A stretch of 54,247 bases of DNA from an uncultured virus (IMG/VR IMGVR_UViG_3300005918_000015). Its lineage: Duplodnaviria; Heunggongvirae; Uroviricota; Caudoviricetes. This document shows, one piece after another, positions 45,455 through 54,247 of the stretch. The position numbers and the translations under genes were made by a program. The stretch lies in the IMG/VR virus record IMGVR_UViG_3300005918_000015. One strand, 5' to 3'. Position 1 is the stretch's first letter. The number at the start of each line of letters is the position of its first letter. The notes under the pieces were generated by a model, which was not told where the DNA came from, did not search any database, and was given only the letters and a program-made list of their open reading frames with translations.

Positions 45455-46404
45455 AATATCCTCTTTATCATTTGTAACAGGGTAGTTGCTCTAACTTCAG
45501 CAGAGTGATTCTCTAACACAAATTTCCGGGCATTCTCAGCAATATGTTCTTTGTTCTTTAAAATGATCCCTGGATAATTCCTTTCATTAACGGGGACATA
45601 ATGTTTGTCGGGGATGAAACCTAATGCATCAAGTCTTGGATTTCTATCAATATAGGGAACACAACCACAAGCAGGTACCTCAAATGTTTTACATATCACA
45701 TAAGGTAACACCATTCCAAACGGAGTCCCTGATGTAGCTAAAGCTCCTTGATGTGACCCAAGATTTTCATAATAAGGTACTCCTATTATATCATGTTTGG
45801 TTTTTTTCCCATTATTTACATAACCTGGATGCGGTAAAACATCATATAAGCTACGTTTCCGTCGAGCATATTTATTCAGAAGGTCTCGGATTGGATAGAC
45901 TTCTTTTCGAGTAGCCCCACTTAGCAAGATCTTTGGGGTTCTCTCAGCCCAAGGAGTTGTATTTTCAAAACATTCCATAGGTGCCCACCAAGGGAAATCT
46001 ACACTTTTGTGATGGAACTCTTTATAGACAGGCATTGTTAAGAAAACATCTTGATAAGGTAAAAGGATTTTATCAGCACTCTGGAAAATAAAGAGCCTAC
46101 TCTTTTTAATTTCTGGTGTGTACCAATGCAAATCATCCCAGAATAAAATTATTTTGGTTTGATTCCGTTTATAAAAAGGAATCAATGGTCTGAATAACCC
46201 AGAGGCTGAAATTGATAGGAGTACGTCTGGAGGGTTTTTTTTAATTTTGGTTTTTTGTTCCTCTAGTGTGTTTCCTATGTCTACAAGTTCTAGCTCAGAA
46301 TCTTCTTTAATCCGCTGCTGTAACAGAGTTATAAATAAAGATGGGACTCTGATAATATTTTTCATCAAATAAGGGTCGTGGGGAACTGCTACTTTAATCA
46401 TCAT
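45451..46404 (-). CDS. GT-B glycosyltransferase (CgeB-like C-terminus)
   Basis: DDLH, HPGY, K.FEVPACG, LGF…HYV, IA.NAR.FV..NH. Confidence 0.75.
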   Translation of the reverse strand: MMIKVAVPHDPYLMKNIIRVPSLFITLLQQRIKEDSELELVDIGNTLEEQKTKIKKNPPDVLLSISASGLFRPLIPFYKRNQTKIILFWDDLHWYTPEIKKSRLFIFQSADKILLPYQDVFLTMPVYKEFHHKSVDFPWWAPMECFENTTPWAERTPKILLSGATRKEVYPIRDLLNKYARRKRSLYDVLPHPGYVNNGKKTKHDIIGVPYYENLGSHQGALATSGTPFGMVLPYVICKTFEVPACGCVPYIDRNPRLDALGFIPDKHYVPVNERNYPGIILKNKEHIAENARKFVLENHSAEVRATTLLQMIKRIL

Positions 46405-49400
46405 AGCCCTCCAACACCTTAGTAGGGTCAGGTTTCCCTGTACCCCGAATCATCGGATCTCTCCAAGTTCCTTGTAAAGTTTTTTGTCTTTTATCTCCAT
46501 AAGGGTCTTTGTAATCCTTGGTGTCAGGATGCCATCTGTGGAACAGATAGAGGGATTTTTTCCTAAACAGCTCCAGTTTTTCATGTTTGCAGTGCCAATA
46601 AATATCATTGTCTTCTCCACCCCAGCGGGCAATTCGATGATCCCACCCCCCAACTTTCAGATAAGCCTCTCTATGGAAAGCAGCCATCCCAAAGCCATCA
46701 ACCCGCCAGAACCCATTAGAGTAAGCAGGGTTCTTCGTGTTGCCTTGTATAATCATCTGAGAATCCTTGTGGAGACCGTAACAAATCGGGAACATAACTT
46801 TCTGAGCTGATGTGTGCCGGCGGACCCAAGCCCAATACAAAGGACTACTGACAGCCATATCTATATCAAAGAACATCAGCAAGTCATGTTGGGCACAAAG
46901 GGCTGCCATATGTAGCCCCTTACCCCGAGAGAAATACCCTTCGGCAGGTATAACTTTGTAAGGAATGTTGATCTTCTGCAAAGTTTTGTAAACGTCACAA
47001 TCATTGGACTGGAAATCCGTAATAACCAACTCATACAGAGCAGGGTTATCAATACCTTGGTTTAAGTAACTGACGAACCCTTCCAACATCCCAATCCTGT
47101 TCTTCAAACTAATGCAAATGCTGATAGGGTCCTGCGGGTGGCTGACTCCAGCAGCATGAAACAACCGTTGATCCTCTGCTAGACATGAAGAAGCTTCTGG
47201 GTCGTCCGTCAATAACGAATAAGGATAACGGCCATTTAAGTATGACCACAAGCCTCGTGGACCGGATACTTTAGGGAACTCTACGTCAGCCCAAAGGAAA
47301 TCATAACAAGGCTGAGGTGATGCTGTCGTCAAAAGATTCTTGTTACGGGCAATCAGTTTTTTGTCATTCATTCCTCGGCTGGGTCCACTTTCAAACGTCA
47401 CATTCTGATTCTCTGGTATATCCAAGAACCATAATGGATGCTCAAAGGGGTACTCATTCTGTAATTGAAGGAGCTTGACAGTTCTATCTGTCCATTCCTT
47501 ATGGCCATGACCTCGGCCAACAAATCTCATATCCATCCCACCAGATACCTCTAGGGCATGTCGTGTATGGAACGTAATGACTCCGGGTGTGCAATGAGGT
47601 TTCTGTTTCCTTCTATACTCAAGGAATTGGAAACCTGCAATGTTCTTGGCTTCACCTGTCTTTTGCCAAGTATTAGGCCATTCCACGATTGGGCCGTACA
47701 TCATATGATGTATGTCAGCACTCTGGCTGGCTTGGATATATTTATGGAAAAACTCCCAGTCAGGAATATTACAATCATCTTCAACCAAGAAGAAATAATC
47801 ACAATCCTTCTCGAATAAGTATTGAAGGGCATTATTCTTAACCCAAGCCACACCTAAATTTGTCCGGTGGATGCATGGGATATTGTTAATCATAGGAAGT
47901 GGTCGATTTGTATCACCAGTGGATAAAACAGCTTCAACTTGGAACCCAGCCTTGCTGGCCATCTGAGTTATCAAGGACAGATTTTGAGACCATCTTTGTA
48001 AAGCCTCGGGTTTGTTAAAGGAACATACTCCAATTCCTACAATCGGTTGTTGTTTTGCAGAAGTTCTCCTAAAAGCAAACGGTCGTTTAGGAAGCGGTGG
48101 GGTGTAAGCAGGAGGTTTCTGATGTTTTTTATACTCTTGTAGTATCTTTCTCACACTGTCAGGGATACTTGATTGAAGAAGACTCCCTTCCCCGTGGATA
48201 ACAAAACCGCCTCTACTTGTTCGGCCATTGATTTCAACTACCGGTCGGGGATATAAATTATTCCCGTGCTGGCAGCAAATCAAGGCTCCCATCTTGTCAG
48301 TCACATCAACAAAAGGAACTCTTAATGCTTTAATTAAATTTGCTAAAGCTCCGTCTTCACCTTTCACTCTGGATGGCCAACCTTTTAAAGTCCTTAACAT
48401 TTTGGCATCGTAGTTCATACTGGTGCCAATTAGCCCCCACTCAGGACGACCTTTCCAATTCATCACCCGATCTTCATAAATATCATAGAAGTATATTTGA
48501 CCAACTCCCGACCAAGCAGCTCCAGCCCTATAGGCATCCACAGCTGCTTCTAAACGATCAGGTGGTTGGATATCATCGTCATCGGCTTTCATTATCAAAG
48601 AAGTGTCGTCAGACTCTCCTAACATTAAATTGAGTTTAGAAGTTACTGTCGGAGAAGCTGATATAATGTATTTTACCCCAGCTTTTTGGGCTACAGCTTT
48701 TCCAAGGTCGTCAATCATCCCAGACACTAGGATATTATAAGACCAGCCTTCAGGGACTCGTTGGTTCTGGAGTCTTTTCAAGCAAATGGTTAGTAATTCT
48801 GGGCGGTTATGGGTGGCAACAAAGAAAGTTGCTTTCTTTAGTTTGGTTTCGAGTTGTTTAGTTCTGGTTTTCTGGATGTCTTCTGTAAAAACTTCAAGAG
48901 TCTCCGTTGTCCCCCAAGCTTCTGTGAGTTGTCCTTGGGCTTCCCATACGGGTGTTTGAGAAGACGGAATTAACCGCTGAGTTAATATCAGTAAACCTGT
49001 CTTATCTGTAATGAATGTATGGTCAGGAGCTCCTGCTTGTACAACTTTAAGAACTTGTTTCCGTTTTGGTAGTTTCCCCACACCTGTTAGATTCAAAACT
49101 GATTTGGAATGGTCGGTAATGTTCTCCCATGTAGCCACAGAGACATCAAAGAACCGGTCTACTAAAACAGCATAAGGGTATATCTGGAAGAAGTATTTCC
49201 CTCGAAGGGAACTGAGACTTTCATAGCACCACCGCCGGAATTTAAGAGTAGGCATTGTTTCAGGAGACCTGAGATAGTCCCATTGGTGTTGTGCTAGAAT
49301 AGCTCCTGCTTCTGACTCCAGATCCGTGTTGTTTGTTATCACCAATACGGATAGGGATAATTTCTTACCTAACCGAACAATATCTTTCAATACCGGGACG

Positions 49401-49459
49401 ATAGATTTATTCGGGTCGTTCTCAAAAACAGGAATTATTATATGAGCTATAGGTCTCAC
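46394..49459 (-). CDS. multi-domain GT-A glycosyltransferase
   Basis: ATHNRPELL…DDDD..P.RL; CSFNKP…EDD…GGMD.RF; SLKNR…DID…GGWD..I.RWGGED…H.WH; GGAGG RBS. Confidence 0.88.
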   Translation of the reverse strand: MRPIAHIIIPVFENDPNKSIVPVLKDIVRLGKKLSLSVLVITNNTDLESEAGAILAQHQWDYLRSPETMPTLKFRRWCYESLSSLRGKYFFQIYPYAVLVDRFFDVSVATWENITDHSKSVLNLTGVGKLPKRKQVLKVVQAGAPDHTFITDKTGLLILTQRLIPSSQTPVWEAQGQLTEAWGTTETLEVFTEDIQKTRTKQLETKLKKATFFVATHNRPELLTICLKRLQNQRVPEGWSYNILVSGMIDDLGKAVAQKAGVKYIISASPTVTSKLNLMLGESDDTSLIMKADDDDIQPPDRLEAAVDAYRAGAAWSGVGQIYFYDIYEDRVMNWKGRPEWGLIGTSMNYDAKMLRTLKGWPSRVKGEDGALANLIKALRVPFVDVTDKMGALICCQHGNNLYPRPVVEINGRTSRGGFVIHGEGSLLQSSIPDSVRKILQEYKKHQKPPAYTPPLPKRPFAFRRTSAKQQPIVGIGVCSFNKPEALQRWSQNLSLITQMASKAGFQVEAVLSTGDTNRPLPMINNIPCIHRTNLGVAWVKNNALQYLFEKDCDYFFLVEDDCNIPDWEFFHKYIQASQSADIHHMMYGPIVEWPNTWQKTGEAKNIAGFQFLEYRRKQKPHCTPGVITFHTRHALEVSGGMDMRFVGRGHGHKEWTDRTVKLLQLQNEYPFEHPLWFLDIPENQNVTFESGPSRGMNDKKLIARNKNLLTTASPQPCYDFLWADVEFPKVSGPRGLWSYLNGRYPYSLLTDDPEASSCLAEDQRLFHAAGVSHPQDPISICISLKNRIGMLEGFVSYLNQGIDNPALYELVITDFQSNDCDVYKTLQKINIPYKVIPAEGYFSRGKGLHMAALCAQHDLLMFFDIDMAVSSPLYWAWVRRHTSAQKVMFPICYGLHKDSQMIIQGNTKNPAYSNGFWRVDGFGMAAFHREAYLKVGGWDHRIARWGGEDNDIYWHCKHEKLELFRKKSLYLFHRWHPDTKDYKDPYGDKRQKTLQGTWRDPMIRGTGKPDPTKVLEGYDD

Positions 49460-49514
49460 GGATACCTCCTAAGTCAGTCCTTTAATATACCGACAATATA
49501 GCAGGTCTACTGAC

Positions 49515-49724
49515 TTATTTCTTTTCGAGTCTATCCTTTTCGAGGGGGCATGTATGATCAAGACTCTGCCAAACACCATTGATTCTACTTTCATAATACC
49601 CACACCGTTTACATGTACGACGTAAGCAAGGTTCTTCAACATCACATATACAATCATAAGGTTCTTCTCTGCCCCATTTATGTGCTCCGGCTATACATTT
49701 AAAAAAGTTCATTAGGAAATCCAT
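49515..49724 (-). CDS. small hypothetical protein (C…H.W…CxxC)
   Basis: KCIAGAHKW…RTCKRCG. Confidence 0.6.
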   Translation of the reverse strand: MDFLMNFFKCIAGAHKWGREEPYDCICDVEEPCLRRTCKRCGYYESRINGVWQSLDHTCPLEKDRLEKK

Positions 49725-50374
49725 TAGTTCACCATTGCTTTCGGGGTTTTCTTTGAAACGGTTATCATGAAAGAATCAGCCACTTTTAAAAGTGATCGGA
49801 TTCCTTCGGTTGAGGTGTCTTTTGTTATGAATTGAATTGTTAATGTTTTATCCCTACCTAGCATCTTTTTCTTAACTCCTTTTTCAACCTTAAAGGAGTC
49901 GAAAACCTTAGCAATTTCAACAGACCCCTCAGCATAAGAAATATGGTTGAGTCCTTCAAGGACTTGAGGGAGGTTGTCTAATTGAATACACAGATTTTCT
50001 TGGCCTACGATGATTTGATAAAATAACCCAAACCATTGGAAGTCATGTTTAACATGAATCCTATATTCGTGAGTTTTCTTATTGATCTGGCCAGTCTGAC
50101 CCGCTGTGAACGGTAATCCCTCACAAGCTTTTTTGATTCGATGAAATAAATCCAACATAAACTGATTTTCTTTGATATCCTGACGGTTTTTTTCTGTTGC
50201 CAAACTAAGTTCCAGAAGAATTTGTCCAGCTTTGGTTGTGTGCAAAGTTTTCAGAGTATGCCCATTAGGAAGAATTTTCTTCCAATCCCCTTTCATAAAG
50301 AAAAGTGCCAATCCCAGTTTGATGAACAAGGAACTAAAAAAAAGCCGTAAGTATTCAAAAAATCTATTTATCAT
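49724..50374 (-). CDS. hypothetical protein with N-terminal hydrophobic segment
   Basis: 216 aa; GAGG RBS. Confidence 0.65.
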   Translation of the reverse strand: MINRFFEYLRLFFSSLFIKLGLALFFMKGDWKKILPNGHTLKTLHTTKAGQILLELSLATEKNRQDIKENQFMLDLFHRIKKACEGLPFTAGQTGQINKKTHEYRIHVKHDFQWFGLFYQIIVGQENLCIQLDNLPQVLEGLNHISYAEGSVEIAKVFDSFKVEKGVKKKMLGRDKTLTIQFITKDTSTEGIRSLLKVADSFMITVSKKTPKAMVN

Positions 50375-50378
50375 AAAA

Positions 50379-50567
50379 TTATCCTCTATTGCTTAATCCG
50401 AATCCTCGAGTTTTAACATTATATCTCTCCACCAACTCCCAAGCACCCTCTGATGTCAATTCAAGAAGGTATCTCCCTTTAGCATCATAAGCATGATATT
50501 CTTGCACCTCACCACCTTTGAACGCGACTAATCTAATAAGGGAAAATGGCGGAGTTAGCTTAGTCAT
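50379..50567 (-). CDS. hypothetical protein
   Basis: 62 aa, overlapping start/stop. Confidence 0.5.
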   Translation of the reverse strand: MTKLTPPFSLIRLVAFKGGEVQEYHAYDAKGRYLLELTSEGAWELVERYNVKTRGFGLSNRG

Positions 50568-50823
50568 CTTTGTATGGCCTCAAATCCTCACGTTCAGTCT
50601 CCTGATTTTCCATCAGTTCAAATTCATGATACCTGTAAGGGGCAGTGCCGTGGTCGTGCATTACCCACCAAACTCCAGGGTGATCTTTTACAGGGCTCTG
50701 TACCACACCTTCAACATCTTCTTTACGGTGTTCAAGATATTGTTGCTCAACGAGCAAACCCGGACGGAGATCCACAGTCTTTGTGAATACCCGTTGTCCT
50801 GGTTTTATATCAGCTAAAATCAT
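50560..50823 (-). CDS. small SH3-like hypothetical protein
   Basis: AAGGAGG RBS; IKPGQRV…G.V…V.H…Y…E.E. Confidence 0.6.
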   Translation of the reverse strand: MILADIKPGQRVFTKTVDLRPGLLVEQQYLEHRKEDVEGVVQSPVKDHPGVWWVMHDHGTAPYRYHEFELMENQETEREDLRPYKDD

Positions 50824-50841
50824 TCCACATTCCTCCTTGGG

Positions 50842-51132
50842 TTACTCTACCCTAAGTAGGTTTGCTGATAATTCTAAACCTTTCAAAGTAGCTACTCTTT
50901 TCCAGAAATTGTGAGAGTACTGGCAATTCTCCAGTTCCATATCCTTATGATCCATACTGGGGAAATCTGTCCGATGGAAAGTTTCAGTCCAAAGCTTCTC
51001 GGCAGCTTTTAGTTTTTCAGTAATAAAAGCCTCGTCTGTCAGAGAAGCAATATCGTTTACTTTCTGTTCCAAGGTTTTCCTTGAGTTTCCCAAAGCTTGA
51101 AAGTATTCTCTAACTTTAATGCTCATTTTCAT
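50842..51132 (-). CDS. hypothetical protein
   Basis: AAGGAGG RBS right after motif copy 14. Confidence 0.65.
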   Translation of the reverse strand: MKMSIKVREYFQALGNSRKTLEQKVNDIASLTDEAFITEKLKAAEKLWTETFHRTDFPSMDHKDMELENCQYSHNFWKRVATLKGLELSANLLRVE

Positions 51133-51150
51133 ATTATTTCCTCCTTACGT

Positions 51151-51180
51151 CAACAACCCACAACTTTAAGAAACTAAGCC
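51151..51180 (-). promoter_or_regulatory. bipartite repeated motif copy 14
   Basis: Minus strand GGCTTAGTTT-CTTAAAGTTG-TGGGTTGTTG. Confidence 0.8.
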
Positions 51181-51194
51181 GAAAAATCAAATCT

Positions 51195-51224
51195 AGCTTA
51201 GTTTACCCTATTTGGGGGTTGTTG
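51195..51224 (+). promoter_or_regulatory. bipartite repeated motif copy 15
   Basis: AGCTTAGTTT-ACCCTATTTG-GGGGTTGTTG; back-to-back with copy 14. Confidence 0.78.
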
Positions 51225-51270
51225 GGGTAGAAGAATAGATAATTAAGTTTTTTCAAATTAGGAGTTTGTA

Positions 51271-51804
51271 ATGATTGACCCAAAAGATACAAAAATCTTT
51301 ATCGTTCTCCGAGGTGTTCCTGGTTGTGGTAAATCCGAATTTGCCCAAATGTTGGCTGCCATGTATGGAGTTATGGAGTCCCGAGTACTCACCACAGACG
51401 ATTTTTGGACAAAAGAACGTCCTTTTGAACACGGTTTACTTGGACATGCCCACGAATGGAACTACTGTCGTGCCGGTGCTGCTTTTGAGGAAGGTGTGTC
51501 TCTGGTCATCTTAGCCAACACCTGTACTCAGGAGTATGAGTTTGACAGATATGTCAAACTGGCTAAGTTGGACGGCTATCGTGTGTATTTCCTCGTTGTG
51601 GAAAACCGTCATGGAGGTACAAACGATCAAAGGCCTCCTGAAAAGAGAGTCCCCGAAGATATCGTTTTGGGCATGGAAAATCGGTTTGAGTTGAAACTTT
51701 TTAAGGACAATAAAGTTCTGCGTCCTTTGGATTTGTTGGGTAGATTAAAAAAGAAAGTGAAAGGAACAGCATTATGGGCCACGATAAAGACTTATTCAAA
51801 ATAA
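51271..51804 (+). CDS. P-loop kinase (AAA_33 / polynucleotide-kinase-like)
   Basis: LRGVPGCGKS, DDF, AH.W, NT.T…E, VVENRHGG, VP…M..RFE. Confidence 0.88.
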   Translation: MIDPKDTKIFIVLRGVPGCGKSEFAQMLAAMYGVMESRVLTTDDFWTKERPFEHGLLGHAHEWNYCRAGAAFEEGVSLVILANTCTQEYEFDRYVKLAKLDGYRVYFLVVENRHGGTNDQRPPEKRVPEDIVLGMENRFELKLFKDNKVLRPLDLLGRLKKKVKGTALWATIKTYSK

Positions 51805-52157
51805 CCCCAACCGTTCTCCGAATGGACAGGCGTATTTGCAAGACAGAGGTTCAATGTTGCTGGTATGACAGAGATCAGGATGGTGAGCCTTGTACTGAAT
51901 CTGTAGACAACTGTGACTATATCCAAATGCTCATCAGTGAAGCTGAACTTGAGGCTGAAGCTGAAAAAGATATTGAGATTGAGGACTTACGTGACCAAGT
52001 TGAGTCTCGGGAGGCTCAAATGGCCGAGCTTGAAGCAGCATTGAAGCTAGATGACACCCTCCCTGCATTACGGAAACAGCTCGTCCAAGTTTCAGAGCAA
52101 CTCTCGGTTCTGGAGAAACAGAAATCCGAAGCTAAGATATCCCCAAAAAAGGAGTAA
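51774..52157 (+). CDS. coiled-coil hypothetical protein
   Basis: Heptad-rich C-terminus. Confidence 0.6.
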   Translation: MGHDKDLFKITPTVLRMDRRICKTEVQCCWYDRDQDGEPCTESVDNCDYIQMLISEAELEAEAEKDIEIEDLRDQVESREAQMAELEAALKLDDTLPALRKQLVQVSEQLSVLEKQKSEAKISPKKE

Positions 52158-52160
52158 TAT

Positions 52161-53051
52161 ATGCAATTCATTCACCCCTCCATCAAATTGGAGACCTCTA
52201 ACCGAACCATCCAAGAGTTTATGGATATCATAGAAAAAGCTGGCCGAACCTGTTGGAAAAGTGAAACTAACCAGTACAAACAAGCTTTAAAATATATCAG
52301 AGACCTTGATTGGAATCCACAAGGGTATGAAATCATGAGAGCTGCGAACGGTGGTCAACCTCTCACTCTTGAGCAATTAATGAGTCCTGATTTTGTACGG
52401 TCAGCTCGGGATGATGAGGCTTTCCGACAGGTTACACGGGACTTCAACCGAAGGATGGTGAAGATCGGCCACACATCTGTTCTTGAACACAGTGCCATTA
52501 CCGTCAGGATCCTCACAGATCGAGCCGTAACTCACCAACTTGTCAGGCACCGGATTGCTGCCTACTCTCAAGAGTCTCAGAGATACGTGGGGAATGATGG
52601 CCATGTTATGTTCATCATCCCAGAAGGTTCTGGTTTAGAACCAGGTTATTATAGTTTTGACCAACAATCAGAACGTGAAGTTGAAGTTCTATCTAAGATC
52701 CTTTGCACCCCTGAAAACCCTCATACTGAGTTTGATACAGTGGATATCAAAGAATGGCCTCGTGTAGGTATGCCCTTTACTTGGGTCTCTGCTATGCAAC
52801 ATGCTGAAAATGCCTATCTTGATCTTCGAAGTGCTGGTGTAAAGAAGCAAGATGCCCGAAGCGTTCTCCCAAATGCCACCAAGACAGAGATTGTGGCCAC
52901 TTACAATATCCCTATGTGGAGACATGTCATGAAAGAGAGGCTCGATCCGGCAGCCCAACACGACATTCGTAAGATTATGGGTATGATACTGGATAAGTTT
53001 CTGGAAACGCCAATGGCAATTTTATTTGAGGATTTGAAAAATGTCAGATGA
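52161..53051 (+). CDS. thyX: FAD-dependent thymidylate synthase
   Basis: AGRTCWKS, GHTSVLEH, RAVTHQLVRHR…SQESQRY, ARSVLPNA, R…AQ.DIR. Confidence 0.96.
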   Translation: MQFIHPSIKLETSNRTIQEFMDIIEKAGRTCWKSETNQYKQALKYIRDLDWNPQGYEIMRAANGGQPLTLEQLMSPDFVRSARDDEAFRQVTRDFNRRMVKIGHTSVLEHSAITVRILTDRAVTHQLVRHRIAAYSQESQRYVGNDGHVMFIIPEGSGLEPGYYSFDQQSEREVEVLSKILCTPENPHTEFDTVDIKEWPRVGMPFTWVSAMQHAENAYLDLRSAGVKKQDARSVLPNATKTEIVATYNIPMWRHVMKERLDPAAQHDIRKIMGMILDKFLETPMAILFEDLKNVR

Positions 53052-53277
53052 AAACGAAAATGAAGGTGGACAAACCATCAAGATTCTAAGTATTGAAGAT
53101 ACCAAACATAACCCTCTTTGGGGTGGTTTTGCTCAGATTCTCGGGGCTTTGGCTTTTGTCATTACCGTTGTTGGATTGGCATTCAGTGTCAAAATGTGCA
53201 ACTCCGACTTAGAAACAATCTCCCGTGCTTGGCACGGACAACTTCAATGTGAATGTTCACAGGAAGATGAACCCTAA
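53041..53277 (+). CDS. small membrane protein
   Basis: Single hydrophobic segment. Confidence 0.55.
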   Translation: MSDENENEGGQTIKILSIEDTKHNPLWGGFAQILGALAFVITVVGLAFSVKMCNSDLETISRAWHGQLQCECSQEDEP

Positions 53278-53471
53278 TGGCTGATGAAAAACTGGTAAAA
53301 GTACAACTCACTTATGATAGTGGTCGGGTTCAGACTCTGGAAGGTGACGATGCAGAGGCTTGGATTCAAAATGTCAATGGCTGTATCCTCTTTGGCCTGG
53401 TTCACCCTGCAATGCTAAAAATGAAACAATATCCCTGGAAGGAAACTCATGTCGAACAAGACAAAAGCTAA
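53277..53471 (+). CDS. hypothetical protein
   Basis: 64 aa, TAATG coupling. Confidence 0.55.
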   Translation: MADEKLVKVQLTYDSGRVQTLEGDDAEAWIQNVNGCILFGLVHPAMLKMKQYPWKETHVEQDKS

Positions 53472-54003
53472 AAAAGATCGAGCTCGGAGAGCTAAAATCA
53501 AGGACCAGAAATATCAGGACAAATTAAAAAACCAAGGGAAGAACTCCAAAAGATTCAAGGCTGTGAAGAAAATCCCTTTGACTCAGGATATGTTCTCAGA
53601 TGAGCAGTTCCGATTCTGGCTGGCTCATGGTGTCAATTATCTTGTTTCTGACTACGAGAATGGCCTCTGGGACCCGTTGTTCCCTTCGATCTATGAAGGT
53701 AAGGAGATCGGGGCTGAAACGATGGCACAGGCCATTACAGAGAAGTTTGCCCCATTGGCTGATAAAGACAAGCACTGGCCAAAAGAAGGTCGGACGGCTA
53801 TGTCTTGGTCACTAATGACACGAGAAGTAGTTTTCGTCTATTACAGAGAAGCTCTCCGTCGTCAAAAAGAAACTCTGAAGAAGTCAACTTCAAGCTATGA
53901 CACCTCAAATGAAGCGGTTCTCAAGTTGGTAATTTCACAAGGTAATGCTACAGTCTGGGAAGTATTCAAATTCATGGTAGATCAAGTAAGAGATAAAGTC
54001 TGA
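53449..54003 (+). CDS. hypothetical protein
   Basis: 184 aa, basic N-terminus, AAGGA RBS. Confidence 0.7.
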   Translation: MSNKTKAKKDRARRAKIKDQKYQDKLKNQGKNSKRFKAVKKIPLTQDMFSDEQFRFWLAHGVNYLVSDYENGLWDPLFPSIYEGKEIGAETMAQAITEKFAPLADKDKHWPKEGRTAMSWSLMTREVVFVYYREALRRQKETLKKSTSSYDTSNEAVLKLVISQGNATVWEVFKFMVDQVRDKV

Positions 54004-54020
54004 GTGAAAATTTAACACAA

Positions 54021-54055
54021 AAAAAAGCCCTCCTATATTATGGGAGGGCTTTTTT
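54021..54055. terminator. bidirectional rho-independent terminator
   Basis: AAAAAAGCCCTCCTA-TATTA-TGGGAGGGCTTTTTT after the plus-strand run. Confidence 0.88.
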
Positions 54056-54247
54056 ATTTAAGTTAATAATTAAGGTGATTCTTCATCACTCCATTGTTCA
54101 ATAGAAGTATTCACATAAGACATAGAACTAACCGAGTCAAAAGGGGCTAGTAATGCCACAGTAGCCGGTTTTTCAGATTCCGTACTGAGGGAGCTTAAAG
54201 CAGACTCAAGATTTGTATCTTGGAAATAAACATCATACTTTAATGAT

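Noticed and set aside
987..51224. Repeated motif as integron attC sites or a dispersed CRISPR
   Set aside because: No internal inverted symmetry or RYYYAAC/GTTRRRY ends, no integrase in the window, irregular spacing; consistent orientation to start codons fits a promoter better
1..54247. tRNA/rRNA genes or stop-codon reassignment
   Set aside because: No cloverleaf-sized gaps or rRNA-like tracts noticed; known genes are full length in code 11 and all three stop codons are used

Overview
Gene-dense window with no rRNA or tRNA, most consistent with part of a large (jumbo/huge) phage genome. It has many short hypothetical ORFs plus NAD-dependent DNA ligase, CinA/PncC, two RNA-ligase-type nucleotidyltransferases, a P-loop kinase, a metallophosphoesterase, a DEDD exonuclease, ThyX and a type IIG-like restriction-modification fusion. 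No virion genes are in the window, so the phage call is inference. Four things stand out. (1) A type I-F CRISPR-Cas locus (cas3, csy1-4, 33 repeats/32 spacers) has no cas1 in the window and its Cas3 lacks the N-terminal Cas2 domain; one spacer reverse-translates to a type I R-M HsdS signature (VDELMALCDE). (2) A WGR/helical/catalytic PARP-like gene follows the array directly. (3) Fifteen copies of a fixed-spacing bipartite motif (RGCTTAGTTT-N10-KGGGTTGTTG) head gene modules and bracket the CRISPR-Cas locus, one overlapping the last repeat. (4) An 11-gene minus-strand nucleotide-sugar/glycosyltransferase cluster lacks that motif. All family calls come from motif recognition by eye; no database searches were run.
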